Shown in pieces: positions 14,252-26,000 of a stretch of 64,000 bases of DNA. The position numbers and the translations under genes were made by a program. Each line of letters starts with the position of its first letter. The stretch's first letter is position 1. This stretch comes from Mytilus trossulus (lineage: Eukaryota): contig NC_086385.1 in assembly GCF_036588685.1 (NCBI RefSeq), positions 50,305,216 to 50,369,215 of the forward strand, given 5' to 3'. The notes beneath the pieces were generated by a model. It made no database searches and had not been told where the DNA came from. It worked only from the letters and a program-made list of their open reading frames with translations.

Positions 14252-15455
14252 GCTTGACAGTGTCCTCGGGAGCTTCGCCACATATGCAAGGTTAAAAGGT
14301 CGTTACGATGACGACTGGATCGATAGGTTAAATCATTTATACACGACTATAATTTTCATCATTTTTACCATTGTTGTTAGTACGAAGCAGTATGTTGGCG
14401 AGCCAATCCACTGCTGGTGTCCGGCTGAATTCAAGGAGTCTATGGTTGACTACACTAACAATGTATGTTGGATATCCAATACATACTACGTCCATATTGA
14501 CAAGGATATTCCGAAGTACAATCACGCGAGATATGAAAGCGAGATTACATACTACCAGTGGGTTCCGATGATCTTGTTGTTTCAAGCCTTGTTATTTAAG
14601 GTCCCCTGTATTATGTGGAGAATTTTAACAGCATCAGCCGGAGTCAATTTGGATAAAATAGTCACACTTGCAGCGGAAACACAGTATATTTCTCCAGATG
14701 ATAGAGAACGAACTATAAAACACATAGTACGTTACATGGACAGATGGTTGGAAAATGCTCGTGAATATAGATCCGGATGTTTTATACGCTTGCGTCAAAC
14801 TATTTCAAAATACTGTTGTATAGTATGTGGAAAACGTTATGGAAATTATCTGGTCACCATATATATGTTTATAAAGTTACTATACATGTCGAATGCTATT
14901 GGACAGTTATTCATTTTGAATGAATTTCTAGGGACAAATTACAACGCATATGGACTTGAAGTATTAAGCCATCTGGCCAGTGGCGAGGAGTGGGACGAAT
15001 CAGCAAGGTTCCCAAGGGTGACACTATGTGATTTTAAAATTCGTAAACTTGCTACACTCCAACAGTACACAGTACAATGTGTACTACCTATAAATCTTTT
15101 TAATGAGAAGATTTTCATATTTATCTGGTTCTGGCTTGTTTTTGTGTCTGTTTTAAGTTCGGCGAATTTCTTAGTATGGTGTTATACTATGATTTTTAGA
15201 CAACACCGAATTCGTTATTTGAAAAAATTTCTCAGGATTAATGAATGTTACAAATCAGAATTAGACAAGAAAATGGCCGTCAAATTCGCTGAGCAGTATT
15301 TGCGACAAGATGGTATTTTTGTTTTGAGACTTGTAGGTAAAAACGCTAATGATGTTTTAGTGTCAGAGATAGTGTTGCATCTATGGAACCATTATAGAAA
15401 CAAACCATTATTTAAACATGCTAATCAGGTCAGCGATGACAATAGTAATGTCTGA
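14252..15455 (+). CDS. inx: Innexin (invertebrate gap-junction protein, unc-9/unc-7-like family), main coding exon, ~401 aa; first codon completed by an upstream exon
   Basis: ORF extends upstream of the 14442 ATG to acceptor ttttctttgatctttccag|G at 14251/14252: LDSVLGSFATYARLKGRYDDDWIDRLNHLYTT...KQYVGEPIHCWCP...YYQWVP...FPRVTLCDF...QCVLPINLFNEKIF...YLRQDG. These are hallmark innexin motifs with 4 TM segments and paired extracellular Cys. In-frame TAA at 14223 and no intervening ATG, so splicing is required. Confidence 0.97.
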
Positions 15456-15617
15456 CTAACCGCACAAAAACTACTGAAACTTGTTAAAATCCAGTATTAT
15501 GCATTTGATGATGGAGAAGGTACACAAGGTCAGAGAGTTTCCGATATTTTACTATCAGATGATCTCAACCTTCCGAATGGTGATATCAGCCAATCATCTT
15601 TCGAAACAGAGGTTTAA
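15456..15617 (+). other. Candidate in-frame C-terminal extension of innexin (53 codons) past a UGA-CUA stop, ending ETEV*
   Basis: TGA 15453-15455, then CTA ACC GCA ... GAA ACA GAG GTT TAA (15615-15617) = LTAQKLLKLVKIQYYAFDDGEGTQGQRVSDILLSDDLNLPNGDISQSSFETEV. Confidence 0.7.
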
Positions 15618-15753
15618 ACAATTAGCGCAGACGCAGACCCAACGTCTCTGAAGAACAGTGTTTTAACATTGCATTTCTCTAATTAATTACCAAAAATGCA
15701 TGTTTCATATTAATAAGAATCACCGTCCAATTTAGCGAAGAATGACAGTAATA

Positions 15754-15916
15754 TAAGAGGGTCTGGAAGGGGATTAGAGAATACAGATTAAAAAAAATAC
15801 TTGAATATAAAGAACAGAAAATAATTGATAAAATAGACCAAGCAAATAGAATAATGACTTAAAAATTAAAGATAAGATTAATAAAGACCTTCCATCCCCT
15901 CTATCCAGATCCTTAA
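15754..15916. mobile_element. Small MITE in the probable innexin 3' UTR
   Basis: Inverted termini taagagggtctgga / tccagatcctta; A-rich AAGAATA-type interior; related copy at 34176-34417. Confidence 0.6.
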
Positions 15917-18900
15917 AGAATGTGGAAGGTGATGTATACACATTTCTGGAAATTGTTTCGTTATTTCCAACCTACGGTGCTACTGTATTTCAAGAGACAA
16001 GTCACGTGACAGCTGTTGGTGTTAGGTTATCATGGAATTGATGATGGATATTGCATATATGCAAGTACTTATTTTGCAGTTGTGTTTTCATATTTTATTA
16101 TGTTAAGTAAATGTATATTTCAATTGTAAAATGTAAATAGTAACCATCGGATAGATTATAGGTAGTTTTTAGAATTATATATGTTTGTATTATGTATGTG
16201 AAGAATGTAAAATTGGATGGAAATGATAGATTGTGGTTGACTTTGTACCGTTGAAACTACATTTTTTATATTTTCTCTAACAAACGTAAATTAAAAAAAA
16301 TAATTACCATTTCAAAAATTTCAATTCATTATCATTTTGAGCACCAAATGAATAATGTTTAACACAATTTACTTAAAAGCGCTGCTTTATAATAAGGGAA
16401 ACAAAACAAGAGGTTGATAACGAACAAGAGAATATGTTTCTACTGTGAGTAACTATGTGTCTAACTAATCATTCAATCATTAATAAATAAAAGGAACTCT
16501 TAAACGATCGCTTAAAAAAATGTAAACATTATGTGAATGTAAACCTCATAATCAAATATGGCATATCATTGTATTTTTTTCCATTCAATGTGCCTTGTTT
16601 TCTGACAACTATGTAGCAAAGTCAAATTTTGATAGAAATTGTACATATTAATGTATGAAATAATGATTATGGCAATGGAGCAATTCATATGATAAATTCA
16701 AAATAATAAAATTCTCGTCACAATAAAATGCATTTCAACATGCAAAACCAAGATATAATTAGGCATGTAAACTTTTATCATGTGCCTGAAACATAACAAA
16801 AAAGGGGATTTTTCGTTACTAAATGCAATGCAATTATTTGTTTTTTTAGATAACTCGTTATTTTGACATAGTAATCACAAAAACATATTCAAATCAAAAC
16901 CCAGATATAAACAAAATCACATCTTACCTTTACAATGTGCTTCGAACAAAACCAGATTAGAGAATGTAGTTTTTTTGGCATTAAATTCAATGTAAAATGG
17001 AATTTTATAATTTCTTCTGAATAAGTACCTATTTGTAGATGACACAATTTAAGATTGTACGTATACAGTCTTAATATATACCATTTATGACTACGATATC
17101 TTGTTCAAATTCAATTTATACTCATCTTTTTTATCATTCATTTGTGAACATGATAGGCGGAAATAGCAAATATTGTAGTTGTACTAACCTTTAAAATCAT
17201 AAGCATCATTCTGACGCTTTTTAACATAGAATATTATAGTTATAGTATAAAACCAGAAAGATCATCTTTTTTTATAACCTCAAAAAATTCGAAATAAAAA
17301 TCAATTTACATATTTTTTTCAACACAGTAGTATTTATTAACTTTCCCAACTGCTATTTGTGCTTCAGAACTAGTACTCTTTTACTATTTGCATTGATTAA
17401 CTTTATGATTTTTCTAAAATAACGACATATTGCAGCAAACAGTTGTATTTCATCTAGCTAACCTCATAATGAATCGTTCTTGTTCAAATTGAAAAGATAA
17501 CTTTCATAAGTCATTATATTTACATTTGGAATGTCTAATAATCTGCCAAAAACGTAAAATGTTTGCCAAATAACGTTATGAATGTCAAATTAGTTATCAC
17601 CAGTCGCCACGCACAATTCATGATGAGGCAAACGCCACGATACGGCATACTATAGCATTGAGTCATATTTGTAAATATCCATCAAACCATTTCATTTTAA
17701 AAGAATCGGTATAGACTAAATAGTATAACAATATTTACCTTTAAGAATTTTTTTTACGAAATTCAACCCTTCAAATTGCAGATGACCTGTGTAAAATAAT
17801 ATGTAATGGAATTATGACTATTGAACAACGGCATACTACTGTAGCCTATATATTTATTCATTGCTATTTTCTATCAACTACATTATTTCTGACCTTCCAA
17901 GCAAAATTGTATTTCTTTGATCCAAATTTATGATATGAAAAAAAGGGCTGATAGAGTACTATGATTTCAAAAAAGAATTCAAGGACGCTTCATACCTCTA
18001 ATGAAGATTAATTATCTTTTACTTAGAGGCAAAGGTATGGTTTTGAAAAAAATAAATAATGAATATAACATAGCCGGGTTTTGCTTTCAAATTTACATTT
18101 TTTGATTGAATTAGTGTCTATTAAGACATAGCTTAATTTGAACTAACAAACTGTATACTTTGTTATTTATTTATTGTTTCACTTAATCTTGCTTGTACAC
18201 GTGATTTGAAATTATACTTATTCTAACATATTTAAAATAAACTGTACTTTGAGTTAACTTTAGTCGAACCTTTTTAAGAATTAAGGAACATATTTTTTTT
18301 ATATATGCTTAAGTATGACTGTGTTAACTAGTTACTAACTCAGCAATAGTATTTACCATTGTTAAGCATGACATTAATGGCGTTCTATGAAAATGATCTA
18401 GCGACAAGTATTTTCAACATCAGAGTCTGATGCATTCTGGGTAATATTATTAAAAACGTTATTCAACGTAGTAATTGTTTAAGATCGCCTTTATCAATTG
18501 GGATTCAAAAACGACCAAGATGGGTTGTTGATATTTATTTATTGGTACTAACATTTACATAGGAATTAAAAAGTATCTGAAATGTGTTCAACAATGAATT
18601 GCTTTTAAAAATAACATACTGTTTTCAATTTTACCATAGGATGTATGTCTAGTCTATACTTGTGAATATATTTTAAAATTGTATTTAGCATTAATGTTAT
18701 GTAAATATTGTACAAATCATGATTTTTATACAAATCAGATATCTCATTGTAGTAAGCACTAAACTGTGATCATTCCTTGTTTTTTGTTCTTTATTGGTTA
18801 TCGCCAGGTCATAGTATAAAACCAGTGAAAACAGTTTATTTATTACTTATTTATGTATTATGCAAATGTACTAGTTTATCATTAAAACTTTTTCTATTAG

Positions 18901-20159
18901 CATTAACATTAATCTTACATTCATCTCTCGGTTTTTTGGTGTGTACAAATTTTCGTGGATTGAGGAAAACTTTAATTTTCGTGGATACTTGATTTTGTTG
19001 TTTTTCAAATATTTGCATACAAAACATAGAAGAGAAATTTTATAATTCGTTGCACATTTAAATTCACACATGAAACCTACGAAAATGGGTATCACCACAG
19101 TAGATAGCAAATGGACATTTTATTATAAATGCTGATTTACTGACTATGATATAATATTTTGGGGACACCATACAATAGCGGACCACGTGATATCTGAAAG
19201 GACCAAAACGTTAAAAGTCGTTGATAGTTAATTGACTCTCTGCTTACGGCCTCGGCAAGCAATATACCAATTTGCTTCTCATATGTTGTTTTTTCACGTT
19301 GAAAATCGTTTAATGTGGATACGTATACGTCCCTCTATTAATTGGATTTAAGAATTTAGCATGCAAGCAAAAACATCACCATTTTGATCCTGACAAAATC
19401 CAAAAAGCTCGGAGCGATTTACATTTTCTTTTGTTGCATGGGATTCAAAAACTAAGATATCGTCACCGATACGATTTCATTTACTGTATTTATAACAAGA
19501 TTCAACCGTGATATAATACAAAACCATTGCATAGTGTTTAAATTACATTTAAAGTTTTACGCCATTAAATTATTCAACAATTATTGCTCTCAAATCATCA
19601 AAAACAAACGTAATGAACCAAATCAAGTTATCATTGTAACATTTATGCTTTTAATTTTATTATCTCCTTTAAAATAAATCTATTAAAATGTGAAATAATT
19701 TTGACTTAAATCAAAACCCTCATTATTATGTTTGTTAATGCCATAAGATTTAAGACATTAGGAGTAAAGTCTTCAAAGAAGATCTAGTTCAAGATTTTGA
19801 TTGTAAATAATAAAAATATTAACATGACGAAAAAGAAATCGTTAAGTATGAAAAACAGATTTAAACCATGATTTATAAACTAACATTGATGAAAAAGAAA
19901 TTATCAGAAATTATCGTAACGGTTATTACTGTTTAGGGGAGGGGATGATACCAAATAAGTATGGAGATAATAACCTATACATTACATAAATTCATGTGAT
20001 TTGTCAATAATAATTTTTATAGTTTGGATATTCTCTTTATATATAAAGATTCCTTTTTAATATTTTTTCTGTCAATGTTTTGGGAGAGGGGGTTCGAAAA
20101 TGTCATTTATATACTACTTTTGTCCTCTCGATTTCTTATATTAACAATTTCACTTTTAT

Positions 20160-20610
20160 AAAACAAAGGTTCCGCGATCGTTATTAAAATCTACTTCTCT
20201 AATGCTTGTGCTATTTTCACATTTCCTAACCAGTGTGAGAAAAATATTTCTCCTAACTAGTGAAAAATTTGTTCTCGTCAAATGATTAGTCGAAATTTGA
20301 TTATGACGTCTAAATGTTTTGTTTTCTTCTGAATTTTCCTATTGTGACGCCATGAAAAAAGGCGGCAATGTCTGATGACGTCGCATATATAGAACACAAG
20401 TTTCTGAAAATCTTTGAAAAAAAAGGATAAAAATCATTAGAGAAACAGATTCCGACACTATAACTCGTGTAATACGATATTTCTCCACTCTCGACAGTTA
20501 AATTTTAGTTATTTAAAGTGCTCGGCAAGTCTCGCGCTTTAAATAATAAAATTTAACTGTCTCAAGTGAATAAATATCCTAATACACTTGTTGCAGTGTA
20601 GGAATCTATA
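20160..20610. mobile_element. Non-autonomous element with a long terminal hairpin
   Basis: ~70-bp imperfect inverted arms (agattccgacact...tttaaag / ctttaaa...agtgtaggaatct) around loop tgctcggcaagtctcgcg. Confidence 0.65.
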
Positions 20611-22185
20611 TTTGGACCTTTTGAGTACTAAAACGTACTCATTGCTTGTTTGCAGCTGTTCGTTTTATTACAAATTTGTTTTTGCATTTAAGATAATAAA
20701 TATGTCTTGTCTTGTTAGCTATTATCTTTATAATAACAAATCATCCAGTGACAACATCACAATCAGGTCAACGTATCTTTCTGGAAGTATGAAATTTTAA
20801 TATAATTTCTAATATACTTCTGGTTAATAAGTACTGGATGTCACATTAAAAGTAACCTCATCCAAGCGTTATTATTTAAAGCATTTATTTTGAGATTTAC
20901 TAATTACTTTTGAATTAAATGAACAGCATTTATTAACTGATCCGATCCGCTATCATTATAAGTCAAGAAGGTATGTTTAAGTAGAGTGAGTCAGAACATT
21001 TGCAGCATGATGTTAAATGGCCTGAATTTATAATATTCTTTTTACCTTAGTCAATGACAATTACCAATCAAGCTGCATAATCTTATTTTCATGTACATGA
21101 TTAGATAAGCGCAGATATGACATGTTTTCATTATATAACGCTCGTACAACAGGATAATATGAAATCTTGTTTTGAAAATTTCTTTTGTCTTAAGGGATAT
21201 TTTTTTTTACATTAAACATTGATTATATTGTAATTTCAAGGGTTATGTCCCTTTATAAATGCATTCCATATCACATTTAAGTCCCATTAATGTACAGACA
21301 TTCCACAAATCAAGGCTGACATTTTTATGTGTGTTCATATGACATTTTCAAACTGTGATAGCATTACTGTTTTATCATCACGCTTCTTCCCCATCTGGCT
21401 TTGTTATAATTACCTGTACTCAATTTTGGGATATGGGGAAATTCGTGTAATTGAAATAAGTGTATATAATAAATCAAACAGCATTGTGACAAAATTGAAC
21501 ATTTCAAATTATGATCAAGGGAATGTCATTTGAAAATTTAAATGACTATAAAAGAAACCTGATATTTACTTTTCTTTTCTCAGAAATATTTGGATACTAA
21601 TTTAATGGGAAAATATGATTTGTGTTAATATCAATATTCTTATGACCAACCCACCTGTCCCCCAAAAACAAAAGACTAAGTATTATTGGTTAACACTGAC
21701 TACTTGTACTTAATGTGTATATAATGTTTAACTATGTTTAGTGGATAATTTTCAGCTTTTTCACAAAATATAAAAAGTAAATTTTCATAATTTTCATAAC
21801 CTGTAGCATTGTAATTGAGTAAAAATTGTTGAATAAACTATGCACATACAACTTGTTTTATTATGTTTAACCCACTAATCATCAATTTTTAACATGAATA
21901 GACCCACATTAGTTAGTAATAGGGACGGATGTACTCGAGTTCATTATCTGACTTTAATGAGGTTCTTGTTATTAAATTCGTACTTTCTGTATAATTTATT
22001 ATGCATGTTCTTTGACCATTCTGTTTTTACCTCGATGCTACATGGTCAAATCGTCTTCCTCAAAGATATTCAAATGAGCAACACGACGGGTGCCACATGT
22101 GGAGTAAGCTTACATTTCTTGGTCACCAGACATCACCCAAGTTTTGATGGGGTTCATGTTGCTAAGTTTTTAGTTTTTAACCGGA

Positions 22186-23088
22186 TGTTTGTGACACAAA
22201 TGTCGGTTATTGATTTGGGGATGCTCGGCGGGCGACAATCAAATGTTGTCCGTGCATTAACTCATGAACCGTTCAACCAAAGCTTTTAAAATTTTAATAT
22301 ATTGTTACTGACAACTAACTGAAGGTCAAGTACAATAATGGCGATTTTGACTTTTACCGTTCAGGAGTTATGGTTCTTGAAAGATTGAAAAATGGCATTT
22401 CCAGTCGTGTCTGTGCATTTACGCATGAACTGTTCTACAAAAGCTTCCCAAATTTTAATCTGTTGTTACTGGTGACAAAATAGAGGTCAAGTTCAATAAT
22501 GACGATTTTGACTTTTACCGTTCAGGAGTTATGGTTCTTGAAAGATTGAAAAATGGTGTTTCCAGTCGTGCCCGTGCATTTTCTCATGAACCATTCAACC
22601 AAAGCTTTTCAAATTCTAATACGTTGTTACTGATGACAAAATAGAGGTCAAGTTCAATAATGATGATTTTGACTTTTACCGTTCAGTAGTTATGGTTCTT
22701 GAAAGATCGTAAATGGCGTTTCCAGTCGTGTCCGTGCATTTACGCATGAACTGTTCTACCAAAGCTTCCCAAATTTTAATGCTGTTACTGATGACTAAAT
22801 GGAGGTCAAGTTCAATAATGACGATTTTCACTTTTACCGTTCAGGAGTTATGGTTCTTGAAAGATCGTAAAATGGTGTTTCAATTCACGTTGTTGTATTT
22901 ACTCACGAACCATTCAATCTAAGCTTTTCAAATTTTAATATGTTGATAATGATGACAAAATAGAGGTCAAATTTGATATTGACGATTTTCACTTTCACCA
23001 ATCATCAGTAATGGTTCTTGTGATATTGCCAGGACACAAATAAATGTTAATAAATCCGGTTTGCTGTCGTTGTGACAGCCTCTTGTCT
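22186..23088 (+). mobile_element. Helentron/HINE-like element carrying ~4.7 copies of a ~161-bp satellite
   Basis: Units start at ~22248, 22409, 22570, 22730 and 22891; unique left end, right end with a short stem (gctgtcgttgtgacagc) then ctcttgt; classification is inference from bivalve HINE architecture. Confidence 0.7.
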
Positions 23089-26000
23089 AGATATAACTTT
23101 GAATGAAATGACATTGGATTGGCGGAGAACTCATCTAGTTAAAATAAAAACACTCATAACACAAAAGAGTACTGACAAACACAAAACTATGAGAAGGGTA
23201 GCGATAACACCTTTGCAAGAACGTAAACAGAACCAATCTGTCTGCATCATTTGGACAAACAATGTCTTTGCAAAACTCCAAAACCTAGTACACGTAGAGG
23301 TGATCAATAAAAAGACCAAACACTTAATCAAAAGAAACAAAATTATGAAGATGAGGAAGATCCCAACTGTTTATAATATGATATTTAAAACGTCATGAGA
23401 ACAAATTTAAATTACAACTGCATGTTAAAAGATGTATGGATATATATTGGCGTAAGTTATATATCTATCGGACGCAGTTGATATTTCATTTGAATAAATC
23501 ATTTGACAGCTTACTCTCCAGATAAATCAGTTGGAACCTAGATGAAATAGACTAAATATATCGGCGAGAGTACTAAACAAAGTGGAAGCATCATTGGAAT
23601 AAATACAAGGCAGAAATTAAGTCAGTGAATTGAACTTCATGTATTGTCCAAATAAAAAAAGAGCTAAAATGAAGACATCTGATATAAAATCATAAGTAAA
23701 TAAAGAAAATATTGAAGTATCAATGTTGAAGTTACGGAAGATACAAAAAGGGTTTTACACTCATAAGTCGAAGGAAAACTAAAACGCCATGGCAAATAAA
23801 ACCCCAAAACAACAAGGAGACAAACAGTCTACTAAAAAATACACATTCGGGGCTACATTCAAATTCTATTCTATGAAGTGAGTAAGTCCTTTTGGTGTTC
23901 CTGTATTTATTAATACCGAACTTCAACGTAAATCCCAAAAACGGAAGTGAATACCACCTGACAAAATCAAAAACTGTACTTTATCAGCCGAGGAAACAAA
24001 TAGAAGACACAAATAAATCATATATAGATATAAGAAGATGTGGTATGAGTACCAATGACACAACTCTCCATCCAAGTCACAATATATAAAGCTAAATGAT
24101 TATAGGTCAAAGTTTGGTCTTATATCTGATTAAGTAACGTCGTGAAAGTTACAGCTGTGATTGTTGCCTACACATTATTGTCTTCACATTGACATTAAAA
24201 CACGTAGATATACAATCAAAGCCATGGCGAAACGAAAAGCAACAGAACGACAAAATGACAAGAAGTCTACAAAAGACTACATGGAAATTTAAAGACTCGG
24301 GTATATTCTAAGCAGCCACCAAACCATTATAGTATATTTATTCTTTTGTATACCGAAATCGAACGTAAATTCAAAATGAAAGTACATATAAACTGACAAA
24401 ATCAAACGCTCTACTATACCAGAGAGAGGAAATTAATCGACAACAGCAAAATAGTGTTGTGACCTATAATGGTTTACTTTTATAAATTGTGAATTGGTTC
24501 GAGAGTTGTCCCATTATCACGCATACCACATCTTCTAATATCTAGTTATCATTTCATTTTGGAATACCAACCTGTCTAGAAAGGAACCTATACCCTTGGA
24601 CTAGTAAGGAAGTTATGATTATAGTCTTCTATGTTGTGTGTTCTGTACATTTATTTGTATTTTGCTTTTTTTCGTTCTTTGCCATGACGTTGTCAGTTTG
24701 TTTTTCGACCTATAAGATGAATGTCCATGTAGTATCTTTGTCCTTTCTTTTATAGATGTCATATACTTTTTGTCGTTTCTTTGAATTGTAAAATTTTCAC
24801 AAGAGGAGCTGAAAAACTTCCCAAAGTAACTAAAAACGTCCTAGATTTGTGTTGCGTGTTGTCCAGTACTTAGTCGTTTGTGTAGTACTATGTATACACT
24901 GTTGTGTGTAAGCGCCTTCCTTTTTCGATTGGCACTTAAGTACAATTAAACTCATTATCGATACCAGGATTAAAACTGTGTACGCCAGATGCGCGATTTG
25001 TTTTCAAAAGACACATCAGTGACGCTCGAATCAAAAGTTATAAAGATATAAATCATAGATTTCTTTTCTCTTTTTTGTCTAGATTCATACCGATTGTAAT
25101 ATTGGCATATTGATTTGACGCGTGTCAATCGTTGAAGGTTATGCAGTGATCTGAATGTCTTATTGACGTACACAAAACGCCCATCTCTTTTTTCCCTTTA
25201 CATCACAAGATTCTTAAATTTCAAATATTTCTATTTCGTTAATTTCAATACTAATAAGATACTTCAATCATATTTCTTCAGACTAAAGTTGCATTTGTTG
25301 TCTTTATGATTATTCGCGTACTTAAAATGCATTGTTAAGCCAGTATATATGTCTGCCTATTTAAATTCTAGTATATATTAGAAGCAAAAAATGAAAAGAA
25401 CACTTTATAAATTTCATGCGTCTGAAGCACTTTTGTTTTTTTATTGAACTGCTCATGTCGAGTATTTGAAAGGCAAATATTATAGAAACAGAAAGAGTTG
25501 AAGAACTAAATCAACAAAAAAGACCTTAATAAAAAACCCAAAACCATATCAGGTCAATTTTGCCTTTAGGAGTTGAAATCTAAGTTTCTCTGTAATTTCT
25601 TAATTCATAAACAATGCAACCTGTTTCCGCTCTTTAGTCGGGTTGTTGTCTCTGTGACACATTCGCCATTTCCATTCTCAATTTTAATTTAATGAATATG
25701 TAGCATGTCTGTACAGAAGTACTGAGTGCTGGTGATGCCCACATGGATTGAGGGTCTAACAGCAGCAGTATAGACCCGGTTCTGTAAAAATGAAAACTAC
25801 GCTTATAAATGTCATGCCGACTGTAGATCCCAGATAACAGATGTTCAAAACGCATGAAAAAGGTAAAAATCACAAAGCTGAATATATTAAACCAAAATAA
25901 AAAAAAAACATTAAGGTACAATGAGTCTATATACAAAATGAAAATAACTGACTGCTATATTATAAATAACAGAGATTAAGGAGCAAAAAAGAAGAATAAG

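Noticed and set aside
14442-14444. ORF-track ATG as the innexin start
   Set aside because: Would omit the DDD motif, TM1 and the first extracellular Cys, all encoded in frame from 14253
14337-14585. ORFs 14337..14585(-) and 14371..14571(+)
   Set aside because: Shadow frames of the innexin exon with no recognisable motifs
15453-15455. UGA as selenocysteine
   Set aside because: No convincing SECIS seen by eye and the position is not a Cys-like catalytic site; a SECISearch run would be needed to exclude it formally
15618-15686. Second readthrough past the TAA
   Set aside because: UAA-A is a strong stop, the following open stretch is short (~22 codons), and it would bury ETEV
21894-23398. ORFs 21894..22289, 22713..22922 and 23072..23398
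   Set aside because: Cross repeat boundaries; no domain-like motifs or splice support
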